The position numbers and the translations under genes are program-made. A stretch of 64,000 nucleotides of DNA from Octopus vulgaris (lineage: Eukaryota): contig OX597818.1 in NCBI GenBank assembly GCA_951406725.2, positions 12,028,001 to 12,092,000 of the forward strand, written 5' to 3'. This document shows positions 53,336-64,000 of this stretch, in pieces. Below the pieces are notes generated by a model. The model made no database searches. It worked only from the letters and a program-made list of their open reading frames with translations, and was not told where the DNA came from. How positions within the stretch are numbered: the first letter of the stretch is position 1; every line of letters begins with the position of its first letter.

Positions 53336-54099
53336 ATCTAAATATAGTTTATATTTTCTTGTCGTTGATAGATACAAGGTTTGCATTGGAGGATTTGGAG
53401 ATTTCTGTTCATGGAGTGAGTGTCGGTTTAGTTCGATGTATCCTGGCTATGAGTGTGCAATGTATGTCATTGAAGTAATGACCAGCACAAAAGATGAATT
53501 TTTCTTCAGAGAATAGCCTTCATATGCGCTCACTCATCTACATTATCATTCTGTTTTGATCTGCGTTAGTGATGCTTTAACAATAGAATGAGATTAAAAA
53601 CAATCTATTGTACAAACAGCTTAATTTTTACTATATTTATTTATATAATTTATTTTTATATTATTCGTATAACATTATATATAACATATATAACATTTAT
53701 AAGGCAATTGACTGATAAACAGTGGCACAGAATCAAAGATATAATCTATTATACATACATTTATATTATTTAATGTATGGTTCAGATAACGCTAACTCTT
53801 CTACTTAATAGACTAGTTTTGGCGGATAGCTATTTCTTTTGCTTCTGAATTAATAGCAAGGTAACAGAGTTGTTTTCTTATAGGTAATAGGGATTTTGTT
53901 GGGAAGATATTTATGGTAAGTGTAGATATTAAGTTAGATATACTTTTGATTTTATCCAAAAGAAAATGTATGTATGGGTTTTCATTTCTTAAAAGCTTTT
54001 GTGTAATATGTTTCATTACATTTAGACCGCAAATATAATTTTCTTGCCAAAAGTAATTTAATAAGTAAATTAATAAATCCAAGAAAAACTAATCGAACC

Positions 54100-55210
54100 G
54101 ACAGAAGACTATTCAGCTTATTCATACAAACATACATACATACAACCTAAGAAGAGATAAAGGAGGTAGAGGTTTGAGATCAGTGTAGACAACCTTTGAA
54201 TGTCGTATAGTCTCTCTCAGACAGCACTCGTTAAGCAATAGCAGCAAACATAAATACATTAACTTGGTGCTAAAAAATAAAAACAACAATGTCCTATGTG
54301 TCAGCAGTGAGATCCCCAGGAAGCATTCCCTTCCTGATGAACTGCCATACAACCCCAAAACAGCTGGACCTCAAAGAAGACCTGGATGCGAAACGCTCAG
54401 CATACCAAAAAAAAAAAAAAAAGAAGAAAAAGTCGTGCATGAGTATGTTTCCCGTAAACTTGAAGAAGAAAGTAATATTAGCATGAAGCGTAGCGTCTCT
54501 TGATCTCGTGACAGCTACATCACACTTTGAATGCTATGCATTTACAATCCAAGAACAGGAGCTTGCTACTAAAACCTAATGAACGAAAGAAATACTGAAG
54601 CCCCTGGAGTTCCAAGACGCAACCGAAAATATAGAATATATCATATTTCTATGGAAGACATCATACATGTGATTAACAGATACTCAAAATTATCATCAAG
54701 GTACTACATCCTTATGTGACATGACGTTGTCGCAAAAGCAACATACAATGCCTTTCAAAAAAATAAAAGACTGCCCTGGAATAACTATAGAGAATCCCCG
54801 TTATTGAGTACATATACAAACATCAATCCAAGGAACATTGGTGGAACATTTTCATGAAAGCATCTGTCAAGTGTAAGCATAACAGGCCAGAAATTGTTGT
54901 TTGGTACAGACAAGCAAAAGTATGTACGGTGATAGAGGTCAGCTGTCCTGTTGGTGTGAATAACTCTTTGGAAATAAAAGAGACAGATGATAACTATGGA
55001 CAACTGCTTCGAAACCTCCAGCTTCTATTTCCAGATTACAAATTTACATTGGTACCAATAAGAATTGGTGTACTTGGTTTTGTGAGTAAATGCTTAAGTG
55101 TCGCCCCGCATGAGCTTGGATTTTCAGAAAAAGAAATCAAACGACTAACTCGCATATTACAGATACGATCTGTAAGTGGAACAGCAGAAATATGCAAATT
55201 TTCTCAAGTT
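54100..55210 (+). mobile_element. R4/Dong-like non-LTR element 3' fragment (restriction-like endonuclease)
   Basis: GGRGL-like motif, EDIIHVI..HDVVAK, WWN, KHNRPEIVVW...VIEVSCP...YGQL...VPIRIG.LG. Confidence 0.8.
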
Positions 55211-55263
55211 ATATATAAACATGTACACACACACACATATAAATATACATATGTGTGTGTGTT

Positions 55264-55320
<57 letters not shown>

Positions 55321-55427
55321 GATCGAGAGAGAGAGATAGTGAGTGAAAGAGTAAGAGAGAGAAAAGTCAGAAATAGCAATGAAGTTATATTTTTAAAAAC
55401 CAACGCAAAAAATAATGAAATTCTTAC

Positions 55428-56320
55428 CAGTTTTCTTCGTTTGTATTTTCTTTCCCTTCCGTCTGTGTTTGGTTTTCAAGATGTTCTTGTAAAGTTGTTG
55501 AACGACTTAATCTAATCTGTATATCAAAAACACTCTTAACATAATCCGTAGCACGTTTGTTGTTCGGCTTTAAAACACTTAATAATTCTTTATCGTTTTC
55601 ATTCAAGTCTTTATACAAATCTTTTGCTTTTTCTTCAAATTCAACTTCCTCTTGAGATAATTCCCGGGAATGATGGCTTCCAGAATGTGATTTCTTAGAG
55701 TTATTAGATTTAGCATTCACTTTCTTACTTTTGATAGGAACAATTGGTTTAACTGGAATGCTATCCTCTTTCTGTTGAACCTTTTTTGATTCTTGTTGAG
55801 GAATATTGTTTTTGTTAATATCACAAGCAATTTTATCGATATCGGACGAACTTTTTGATTGATTTCCGTTTTCCAGATTCTGTGGCTCGGACTTACCTGA
55901 TAAAGTTTCTGTATTGTTTTCTATTGACATTTTTCTTTCAGGTGTCTCGAAACTACGACATCCGTTTTGAAACATTATTTCATTGGGAAAGCTAGAGGAC
56001 ATAGGGTCAATTTGAGTCTTGGAGATAGATTTTTTCTCGCCCATTTTAGCAGCTTCGTCAATAAATAGATTAGGTGTGGAATTGGTATTTACCTTGGAAA
56101 TGTCAGTAAGTTGTGGTGAATGGTATTTGACGCATATATCTGGTGACGAACAACGTGAAACATCTGACTCGTTAATCGGTCTCCAACCACTGTCTTGTTG
56201 TTTATAATATGCTCGTTCTGTATGCTTTAAAGGCATAGAGCCAATGCTAGCACGACCTGATGCCACACATTTTCCTAAGCGTGTTCGGTTTGGTAGTAAG
56301 AGGGAGTAAATAGAAGTTGT
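55428..56320 (-). CDS. Shroom: Shroom-family protein, large internal exon (low-complexity linker plus the conserved region preceding ASD2)
   Basis: 893-bp open exon; acceptor tttgcag|ACA, donor TG|gtaag (phase 2). C-terminal part EEKAKDLYKDLNENDKELLSVLKPNNKRATDYVKSVFD resembles the Shroom pre-ASD2 motif (ELAKEIV..DKSL..IL.P...T.D.MEG.F). Confidence 0.85.
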
Positions 56321-56684
56321 CTGCAAATGAAAGAAAACATATATATATATATATATGTATGTAAATAATTATATAACCATTTACGTAGTTAACGATTAAA
56401 GCACTTTATTTCCTATTCAACGCGCCTTTCCAAAAAGCCAATCCTCTATTTTGTTGGACGTCTACTGTTAGCGTGCCAAACATTACTTGCTCGTTGATTG
56501 TTCAATAGAGGATAATATTTAGATTTAGTGTTGGCGGACAGCTCAGCACTTTATGACCGGATCCGTTTTGCAAGCTTTCGGATCCTTCCTTATACATGTA
56601 ATTGTTACTTACCGTTAATAATAATAAATACAGTGTTGGTGGCTGTGATGATTAAAAATAATTGTTTTATTATTTAAAGTTGTG

Positions 56685-56886
56685 AAGGCGGCAAATCGTT
56701 AACATTGGCTGACGAAATGCTTAGCAGTATTTCGTCTGTCACTACGTTCTGAGTTCAAATTCCGCCGGGGTTGACTTTGCTTTCATCCTTTCGGAGTCGA
56801 TTAAATAAGTATCAGTTACGCACTGGGTTCAATGTAATCATCTTAATCCCTTCCCCCAAATTTGAGGCCTTGTGCTTCCAGTAGAA
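56685..56886 (+). mobile_element. SINE family A
   Basis: Match to consensus. Confidence 0.85.
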
Positions 56887-57389
56887 ATGCTTATTTAAAG
56901 TTGTGTAAAAAGACCCCCACTACTAAAATGTTCAGGTAGTGGGGTCGGAAGTCCACGATAGAATAAATATCTTTATGATTAATCTAAAGAATTTGAAAAA
57001 GCTATAATTTATGTAATAAATTCTTATTGCTTAGCTTCCAATATTGATTCACTTAAACGTTTTTATGACAATCTGATCAGTAGGAAATAATTGTTTAATA
57101 CACAAGTATGAATCCTAAAAGTGTTAAGCAAAGTATTTTTCGACGCTCATGAACGATAAAACTAAAGATTTCAGCTAGGAATCGAAATAAGTTTATAAAC
57201 TCATCTCATCTCCACACGACTGAGCATGTGAGTCGGAACGTAAGATCTCAGATATGATCAATTTTTCTAGCAGAAGCAGATTAGTCGTGCTTATAATGTT
57301 ACTTGAAGGATTAGTGTTGGTAATTTGAAGTATCAGGATGGTTTGATGCTTTGACTAGTCAGCGCAACTAATTTGGTTTTATATATATA

Positions 57390-57867
57390 TATACAAAATG
57401 TGACAAGAACGCAAAACACCCAGACAGTTAGGTGATACAAGAAAGGGACAACAAAACATCCAGATAAAGAAAATAAGGACGGATCATTCGGAGTTTTCTT
57501 TTCTCAGTTGAGTTCCAGATTATCTTTGAAATTTTGGCTGGTTATACTCGAGATTGCTCCAATCTGGCCAGCCCCAAGGAAAACTAAGCTAACAACATTA
57601 GATTTCTTGGAAGAGAGTAGCGAATGTATACGAAAACAAGGACGGAAGAAACGGAGAAATTTCTACAAATACAAATAACAGGATATAACAACAGGTGTCT
57701 TTCGACCAAGGACGAATTTAATTAAGCTGGCGTGTGTGGAAGTAAAGCCTTACGGCACGGATACAAGATTTCACAGGCACAGGGGAGAATATAGATGTTG
57801 CACGGACAACGACCGAACCAAGAAAGAAAGGTCAGGCTTGGCCGAACACCGGTCACGTTGGGAGAGG

Positions 57868-57908
<41 letters not shown>

Positions 57909-57960
57909 GTAGAAGCAGAGGGACAGAAGAAATTAGGAGGGGGCAAGAAAAGTGAAGTGA
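57390..57960. repeat. Unclassified (TA)n-inserted interspersed repeat
   Basis: Start atacaaaatgtgacaagaacgcaaaaca...ggacggatcattcg is shared with 15633-15727. Confidence 0.55.
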
Positions 57961-58090
57961 AAAGAGGAGGGAAAGTGAGCACGAAGAGAAGGCAATGAAA
58001 TGTGAGAATGGGGGAACGAAAGAACGAAGAGTGGAATGAACAAAATAAGCGTGAAAGGGCTGATGGAACGAAAGAATATATATATATATA

Positions 58091-58598
58091 CTAGCAGTAT
58101 CGCCCGGCGTTGCTCGGATTTGTAAGGGAAATAACTATATAAGCATTTTTAGAGAGTTACTTCCCTTATAAATTCGGGCTTTCTTAGCCATTTTTGTTTT
58201 GGTGTCTTCAAGCTATGAAGTCGTTGTTCTAAAAGAACGCTGGTTTCCTTCACAACGCATTACGACGTTGATTTCTTTACACTCCTTTCCCCACAGCTTC
58301 ACGAGGGAGGGAAGGGGGAAAAGCAAACAGGTGCAGCTGTGAGCGTGGACGCCAATTCCGCCGCCATCGACATACGATGCATTTTATGCATTAAAATGGA
58401 ATAAAAAATGATGTTAAATTATTTTTAAAATCGTAGACTCATCGTTGACGCGCGCTAATAGTCAGACGGGCTCGATATGAATCACGACTATAAGATACCC
58501 GAATTTTTGGTTAAACTGCACCGCAAAATGTGGGAGGAGTTAGGAATCTAAATCGAAGGGGACAGACACTCACACAACTAGAGTTTTATATATATAGA
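58091..58598 (-). mobile_element. Non-autonomous Helitron-like element
   Basis: Minus strand A|TCtatatatataaaa ... ccgagcaacgccgggcgatactgCTAG|T: TC start, subterminal hairpin, CTAG end, AT insertion site. Confidence 0.75.
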
Positions 58599-58730
58599 TA
58601 TATCTTCTTTCCTGAGCGTCCAATAATACTATATTTGTTCCACGTCCTCGCGTTGTTGTGTTTTTTTGTGCTTTCTTGTTTGGATTAACTATATATATAT
58701 TATATATATATATATATACACACACACATA

Positions 58731-58940
58731 CAGGTGTGTGTGCAAAAGTAGGTATACAGTACGTATCACATCAATGTTATAATACTTGATTCATTAAAAT
58801 TATTAGCACATTAAATTAGTTAGCCTCATTTTTTATAGCTTCATTATACTTCTATCGTAACTTTTTATTCTTTTGATAAAAATGAGTATTGCACGTTTTT
58901 TCTTTATTCGTAAATGCATACCTACTTTTGCACCACCCTG
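58731..58940. mobile_element. Tc1-type MITE
   Basis: TIRs cagg...gtgcaaaagtaggtat / atacctacttttgcaccaccctg. Confidence 0.7.
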
Positions 58941-58994
58941 TGTGTGTGTGTATGTATGTATGTATGTATGTATGTATGTATGTATGTATGTATG

Positions 58995-59033
<39 letters not shown>

Positions 59034-59527
59034 ATGTATATATAAAGTAAAATGCTTCTCAACAGCAGATAGCGACAACGATTTTTACTCAGAAGAAATG
59101 AGGAAGGGAAACAGGCAGTAAAATGATTAAAAATAAACAAAGAAAAAAAAAACAAATTCGAAAAGAATAAATAATTGCAACAGGTTAAAAGCTAGGTTCA
59201 TTTGTGGCATTTTATTTTTTCAGTTCACACATGCATAGACATACATACAGAGATACACCCATTTTTTTCTCTTACACAGAAATATGCAACCACTTCACCT
59301 TCCAACATACATATATACCAACATAAATCCATAGATATACATATTTATATATTTATGTATGTGCAAGTGTGTGCGTGTGTGTATATATATATATATATAA
59401 ATATATATAGATGTATATATATATATATGTGTGTGAGTATGTGTGTGCGTGTGTATGTGTGTGTGTGTATCTATATGTTTCCCTCTATCTATAAATAATT
59501 GCAAACACATGTGAGTTTATGTTCTTA

Positions 59528-59607
<80 letters not shown>

Positions 59608-59717
59608 TGTGTGTACGCCTGTGTGTTTTTCATCATCATGAACCGTTAGTTTCTGCAGTTTTTTTGCTCTCTCCGCTATTTTCTTTTTATTCTCTCTTTG
59701 TTATTTTCTCTCTTAAA

Positions 59718-59755
59718 ACTTTCTGTTGAAAAGCGTAGGCTCGAAACGTCAAAGT
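59718..59755 (+). ncRNA. Minimal hammerhead-like motif with CUGUUGA core (same family as 15830-15865)
   Basis: acttt-CTGTTGA-a-aagc(gtag)gctc-GAAA-cg-TC-aaagt. Confidence 0.55.
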
Positions 59756-59914
59756 CTTTTCCATTCTTCCCAAGCGTTAAACAACTACTTGTTCCTTCAC
59801 TTCTCTTCGTTTTTTGTTTTCTGTAAATTTGAACTATATCTATACACATGCACACACAAACACGTGGTTTGATCAATAAGTATCCGTACTGTTATCATTG
59901 CAACACACATATAT

Positions 59915-60075
59915 ATGACTGGTTTCTTTCAATTTTCGTGCACTAAATCCCCTCACAACACTTTGGCCGACCTGGGGCTGTAGTAGAAAACCCTTGCCCA
60001 AGGTGCCACGCTGTGTGACGGAACCTGGAACCATATCATGGAGAAGCAAACTTCTAAGCGCCCAGCCCCACCTGC
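59915..60075 (-). mobile_element. SINE family B, 5' part
   Basis: Match to head and core. Confidence 0.75.
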
Positions 60076-60459
60076 TTCTACTGTACTTACTGCCATGTCT
60101 TCGTAAACACACATACACACACACACACACGACAGTCTTTGTACAGTTTCCGCCTTCTAAATTCACTCACATGCTATCATTCCCATAATCCTCAGCAACC
60201 TGCTTAAAGCTATTATTTATATCTGCTGTATTCTAATGACGACGCCAGGGTTTTGAAACGTTAATACATTTATATATTTAGGAACATCATTGCTATTGTT
60301 CCAGACGAAGGACTAATAACAAAATAAAATTATTAAGTACTAAAGATTAAACTCAAACATAGTCGTGTCTTTAATATGACATGTTTAAAAGACAGCTGTT
60401 ATTTACACAAACATGAACTCACAAGCGTGTACATATGTTTGTATGTATAGATCGCACAT

Positions 60460-60833
60460 TTATTATATAAAATTCGTTCTGTCTGTGTGTGTGTGTGTGT
60501 GTGAGACTTCTAGGATCTCGGGCATCCTCCATCCGATTGCGCTCAAATTTGATATGTAGATACCGACGGTATCAGGGCGTGTATAAGTCTTGAAAAAATT
60601 ACAAAAATCGATTCCAGGTGGGAATGCGATCGATAAAGCCGTGGGAATGTGCATTTGTAGGAGCAAGTACATGAGTCGAAATCCGTCTTTTGCTGGTGTC
60701 TCAAAGTTAGGTTAAATCAGTGTTTCTCAAACGGGAGACCTATAGGACGGTCGAACAAGTTGTTTTGAGAAAATTTGGTTTAAATGTTTGACACCTCAGC
60801 ACCGTCCATTCGACGGCAGGGGGGGATTGCTCG
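60460..60833 (+). mobile_element. Helitron/HINE-like non-autonomous element
   Basis: ttattatataaaa..ctgtctgtgtg head, ccgattgcgctcaaattt core, ccgtc..gacgg hairpin and CTCG|T end. Confidence 0.5.
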
Positions 60834-61229
60834 TATTTACATATGTGAACATATATGTGTATACGTATATATACAAACACACACACGTGCGTTCGAGCAC
60901 ACATTCATTAAACGAAGGTAAGCGCTGCAATATAATTTAGAGTGGTCAGTAGAATGTATTTGAACAATGAAGACGATTAAAAGAACATTAGATATCATAT
61001 ATGATAAACTCTTGAGCAAGTGAAATTATCCTCGATTCCAGAAGAGGTAAAATAATCGCTTGCTTGGAACTGGGATCCACCTGCAAATGAGAATGGGTAC
61101 CATGAATCCTCCTTTATTGATACGCCATTAAAGGAAAACAGTTTTGTTGTCTGGAGACTAAAGGGCAACCAAGATCACGAGTTTCTGCCTCAGTAAGTAT
61201 CATCAACACCATATACGAAGCAAACATTT

Positions 61230-61302
<73 letters not shown>

Positions 61303-61323
61303 TATAATATTATTTATTCACAT

Positions 61324-61536
61324 GAAGGTGGCGAGCTGACAGAATAGTTTGAGCGTTGGAAAAAATGCTTTGTGATATTTGTTCCTGCTCTTTACATGCT
61401 AATTTCACTGCTGTGGTCAGCATCACCTTTTATCCCTCTGTGGCCAATGAAATAAAGTACCAGTAAAGAATGGTGGTCAATATAATCGACTATTCCTTTT
61501 CACTGAAAATATTTACTGACTTGTGCCTAAATTAGA
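61324..61536 (+). mobile_element. SINE family A, diverged
   Basis: Match to consensus. Confidence 0.7.
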
Positions 61537-61693
61537 AACAATTATTATTCATAAACATGTATACATACTTCTCTATATGACCTCTTTTACACACATCTTC
61601 CCCCCTCTCTCTCTATATATATATACATATATACACCTGCCTGCCTACCTACATATCTACGTACCTACCTACCTGCCTGTCTGTATGTCTATA

Positions 61694-61742
<49 letters not shown>

Positions 61743-62636
61743 GCCTGCTTGGCTGTCTGCCTCAAACCTACCGATCTACCTATGAGTGTGTGTGTGTGTG
61801 TAGATTTGTGTGTATGTATATATATATACACACACACAAATATATATATATATATATATATGAATTATAGAGGAAATTGTAAAAAAAGATAAAAAACAAT
61901 GATTAAAACAAAAAATATAAATGAAATAATAGAAACACAGTAAAAATAATAAATAAGCGAATAAACAAACACAGTCATAAATCAAAATGAAATTAGATTA
62001 GCAATGAAAATAAACTAACTTAATACACAAATATTATTTTAATGTTATTATTATTGCTGTTGTTTGCAACGCGAGTACATCTCCAGCACGGACTCGGAGA
62101 AGAATTTAATTTGATGTAAAGGAAGTGTTTGTTCTATTTTGCTAACAAAGGATTTTAGAACTTCTTGAGTTTCCACGCCATTATTCAGAAATGGGGAAAA
62201 ATTTCTTCTAATGCAGTTTTAAAATTATATATTAAATCTCTGAGCGAGGTGTCAATACTCAGAAACCCGGGTCCGTGTGTATACCGTCAGATTGAAGATG
62301 GGAAGGGTGACTTCCCTTTGCAAATACTGATAGGGCACAGAAAGTGTGTCAATAGCCAGCTGGAGGAGGTGTTCACCTGGGGCTACAAGCTACAGTAGCA
62401 TCTACTCTTAAGGGTTAGCCACATTTAAGTGGCAAATATACTTCACGATTATTATATATTGTTTTGCAAAACTCTACTCGTGATTTAACACGCAGTGGGA
62501 AGAGACGCTATCCACACAAACTTGGTAGTATCGAACAGACAAAGAAAAGTTTTAAAATATCAATAAAAATATTTGAAAATAAAAGGTAAATATGAAACTT
62601 GCATAGACAGACAAGTTTCTAAACAGAAATACTCAC

Positions 62637-62789
62637 ACCCTTAGCAAGCACTAGTGCCAAACACAAAAGCCAAAACAATAGCCACTCCTTGCTCCACAAT
62701 TTCACCAAGAAAAGTGTTCGGAAGAGAAAGGTCTGTAACAGTTGGATTCGATCCCACGTTTTGCCACACAGAAATCCCAATTTGATCAT
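62637..62789 (-). CDS. Candidate first coding exon of the Shroom-like gene with hydrophobic leader
   Basis: ATG with an in-frame upstream stop, 51 codons MIKLGFLCGK...WLLFWLLCLALVLAKG ending at GGT|gtgagt (phase 0, compatible with the 56320 exon); lies in repeat-free unique sequence. Confidence 0.4.
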
Positions 62790-63789
62790 GTACGTAAACA
62801 CTATTGCCGTCCAATCACTGGCTACTGTTCACGTGATAGTCTGGTGGTATGACTAAAACGTTCCATGAACATGGCCTACAAATACAGTTCAACTGAGCGC
62901 CAAAACTCTAGAGTGATTCGGTTCCTGGTAGTGTTCACTCTCCACACTTAACTGCTTCAACCTCAACATATTCAACCTGGAATGATCGAAGACACACCAT
63001 GGCAGCAAGAATATGCATTGATGGGTAAACACTAGTCTGAATGTTGAATTTCTGGCGAAGACGAAGACTTTGTGCACTTGCCATAAACGTTGTTTCATCT
63101 GAATATTCCATTTCTTGTTTTGCACGAACACTTTCTATATTAACGTAGCAATAAATCATGTTCTTAAACATGAAACAAGCCTTCCACCACTCGCTACAGG
63201 TTCTTTAACACATTCTTCTTGTAAATGTTTGAGAAAGAACTGGGAGAGACGTATTTACATTACTTATCTAATCCTCTATTTTGATTGTATGTAATGTTTT
63301 TGATTTATCTTCTGTTGTATTAATTCATGTTTTCCTATCTTTTGAATTCCTAGTTACATTCACTTATATTCAGGTTTCCAACATATTTATTTATTCAGTT
63401 TTGAAACATTTGAGGAATTATAAGGGTTAGAAACGGAATTGTACCTTTGAAAGTCATTCATTAATAAAAGAGCTTGTTTATCTCAGAATGGGAATAACTT
63501 GTTCATATACCTCAACCTCACGCATATATACAGAGTATATATAAGCAAATGTGAATACAAGAGTACACCAGTCCGTCCCAGGACTATCAACCACTAAGCT
63601 GATGCTTTGCTGAGTTGATTGAAGCAACGGGAAAACGGAGCGCCTTGATCAAAGACATCCGGTCCAAGAATCAATGTTTATGTGAATGTATGTCTGTGTG
63701 TGTGTGTATATATACACACACATAGCCATTATGTATATTTACACATACACAAACCTACATGAATACATACACAGATGCATATATATAAT

Positions 63790-63942
63790 ATGGCTGTGTG
63801 GTTAAGAAGCTCGATTTGCATCCCCCCGGCTTCGGTTTCAGTCCCACTGCACAGTACTTTTGGCAAGTGTTTGCTACTACAGACGCAAACTAACCAATGC
63901 CTTGTGAGTGAATTTGATAGACAGAAACTGTGAAGATCGTTG
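63790..63942 (+). mobile_element. SINE family B, 5' part
   Basis: tggctgtgtggttaagaagc...tcagtcccactgc...ggcaagtg. Confidence 0.75.
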
Positions 63943-64000
63943 TATATCTGTACACAGATACACACACGCGCACATGCACACACGCGCACATGCACACACA

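Noticed and set aside
53360-54090. Additional Shroom exon or 89-aa ORF
   Set aside because: No good splice sites, and not needed for phase continuity; looks like very old retroelement debris.
62240-62280. Hammerhead-like CTGAGCGA...GAAACCCGGGTC
   Set aside because: The core has an extra base and the flanks cannot form stem I.

Overview
AT-rich, microsatellite-laden eukaryotic DNA whose repeat families are typical of an octopus genome (taxon inferred, not proven). Nearly all ORF-track calls are microsatellite or repeat artefacts. One real protein-coding gene is well supported: a minus-strand Shroom-family (ASD2/SD2 domain) gene with five phase-compatible GT-AG exons (56320-55428, 47832-47748, 43128-43027, 41077-40916, 39107-38805), plus a candidate hydrophobic first coding exon (62789-62637). 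Its ROCK-binding SLSGRLA patch has diverged to KLSVLLA. The rest is transposon debris: at least four SINE-like families, Penelope-like (RT + GIY-YIG) elements, CR1-, RTE- and R4/Dong-type LINE fragments, a mariner, Tc1/pogo/hAT MITEs and non-autonomous Helitrons. The most unusual signal is a set of minimal type I hammerhead-ribozyme motifs with palindromic stem III. They include a head-to-head pair with a swapped G3:C8 core inside a 236-bp hairpin (3271-3506) and a two-copy family with a CUGUUGA (A6U) core. A Penelope-like element carries a different thrice-repeated structured motif where a hammerhead would be expected.
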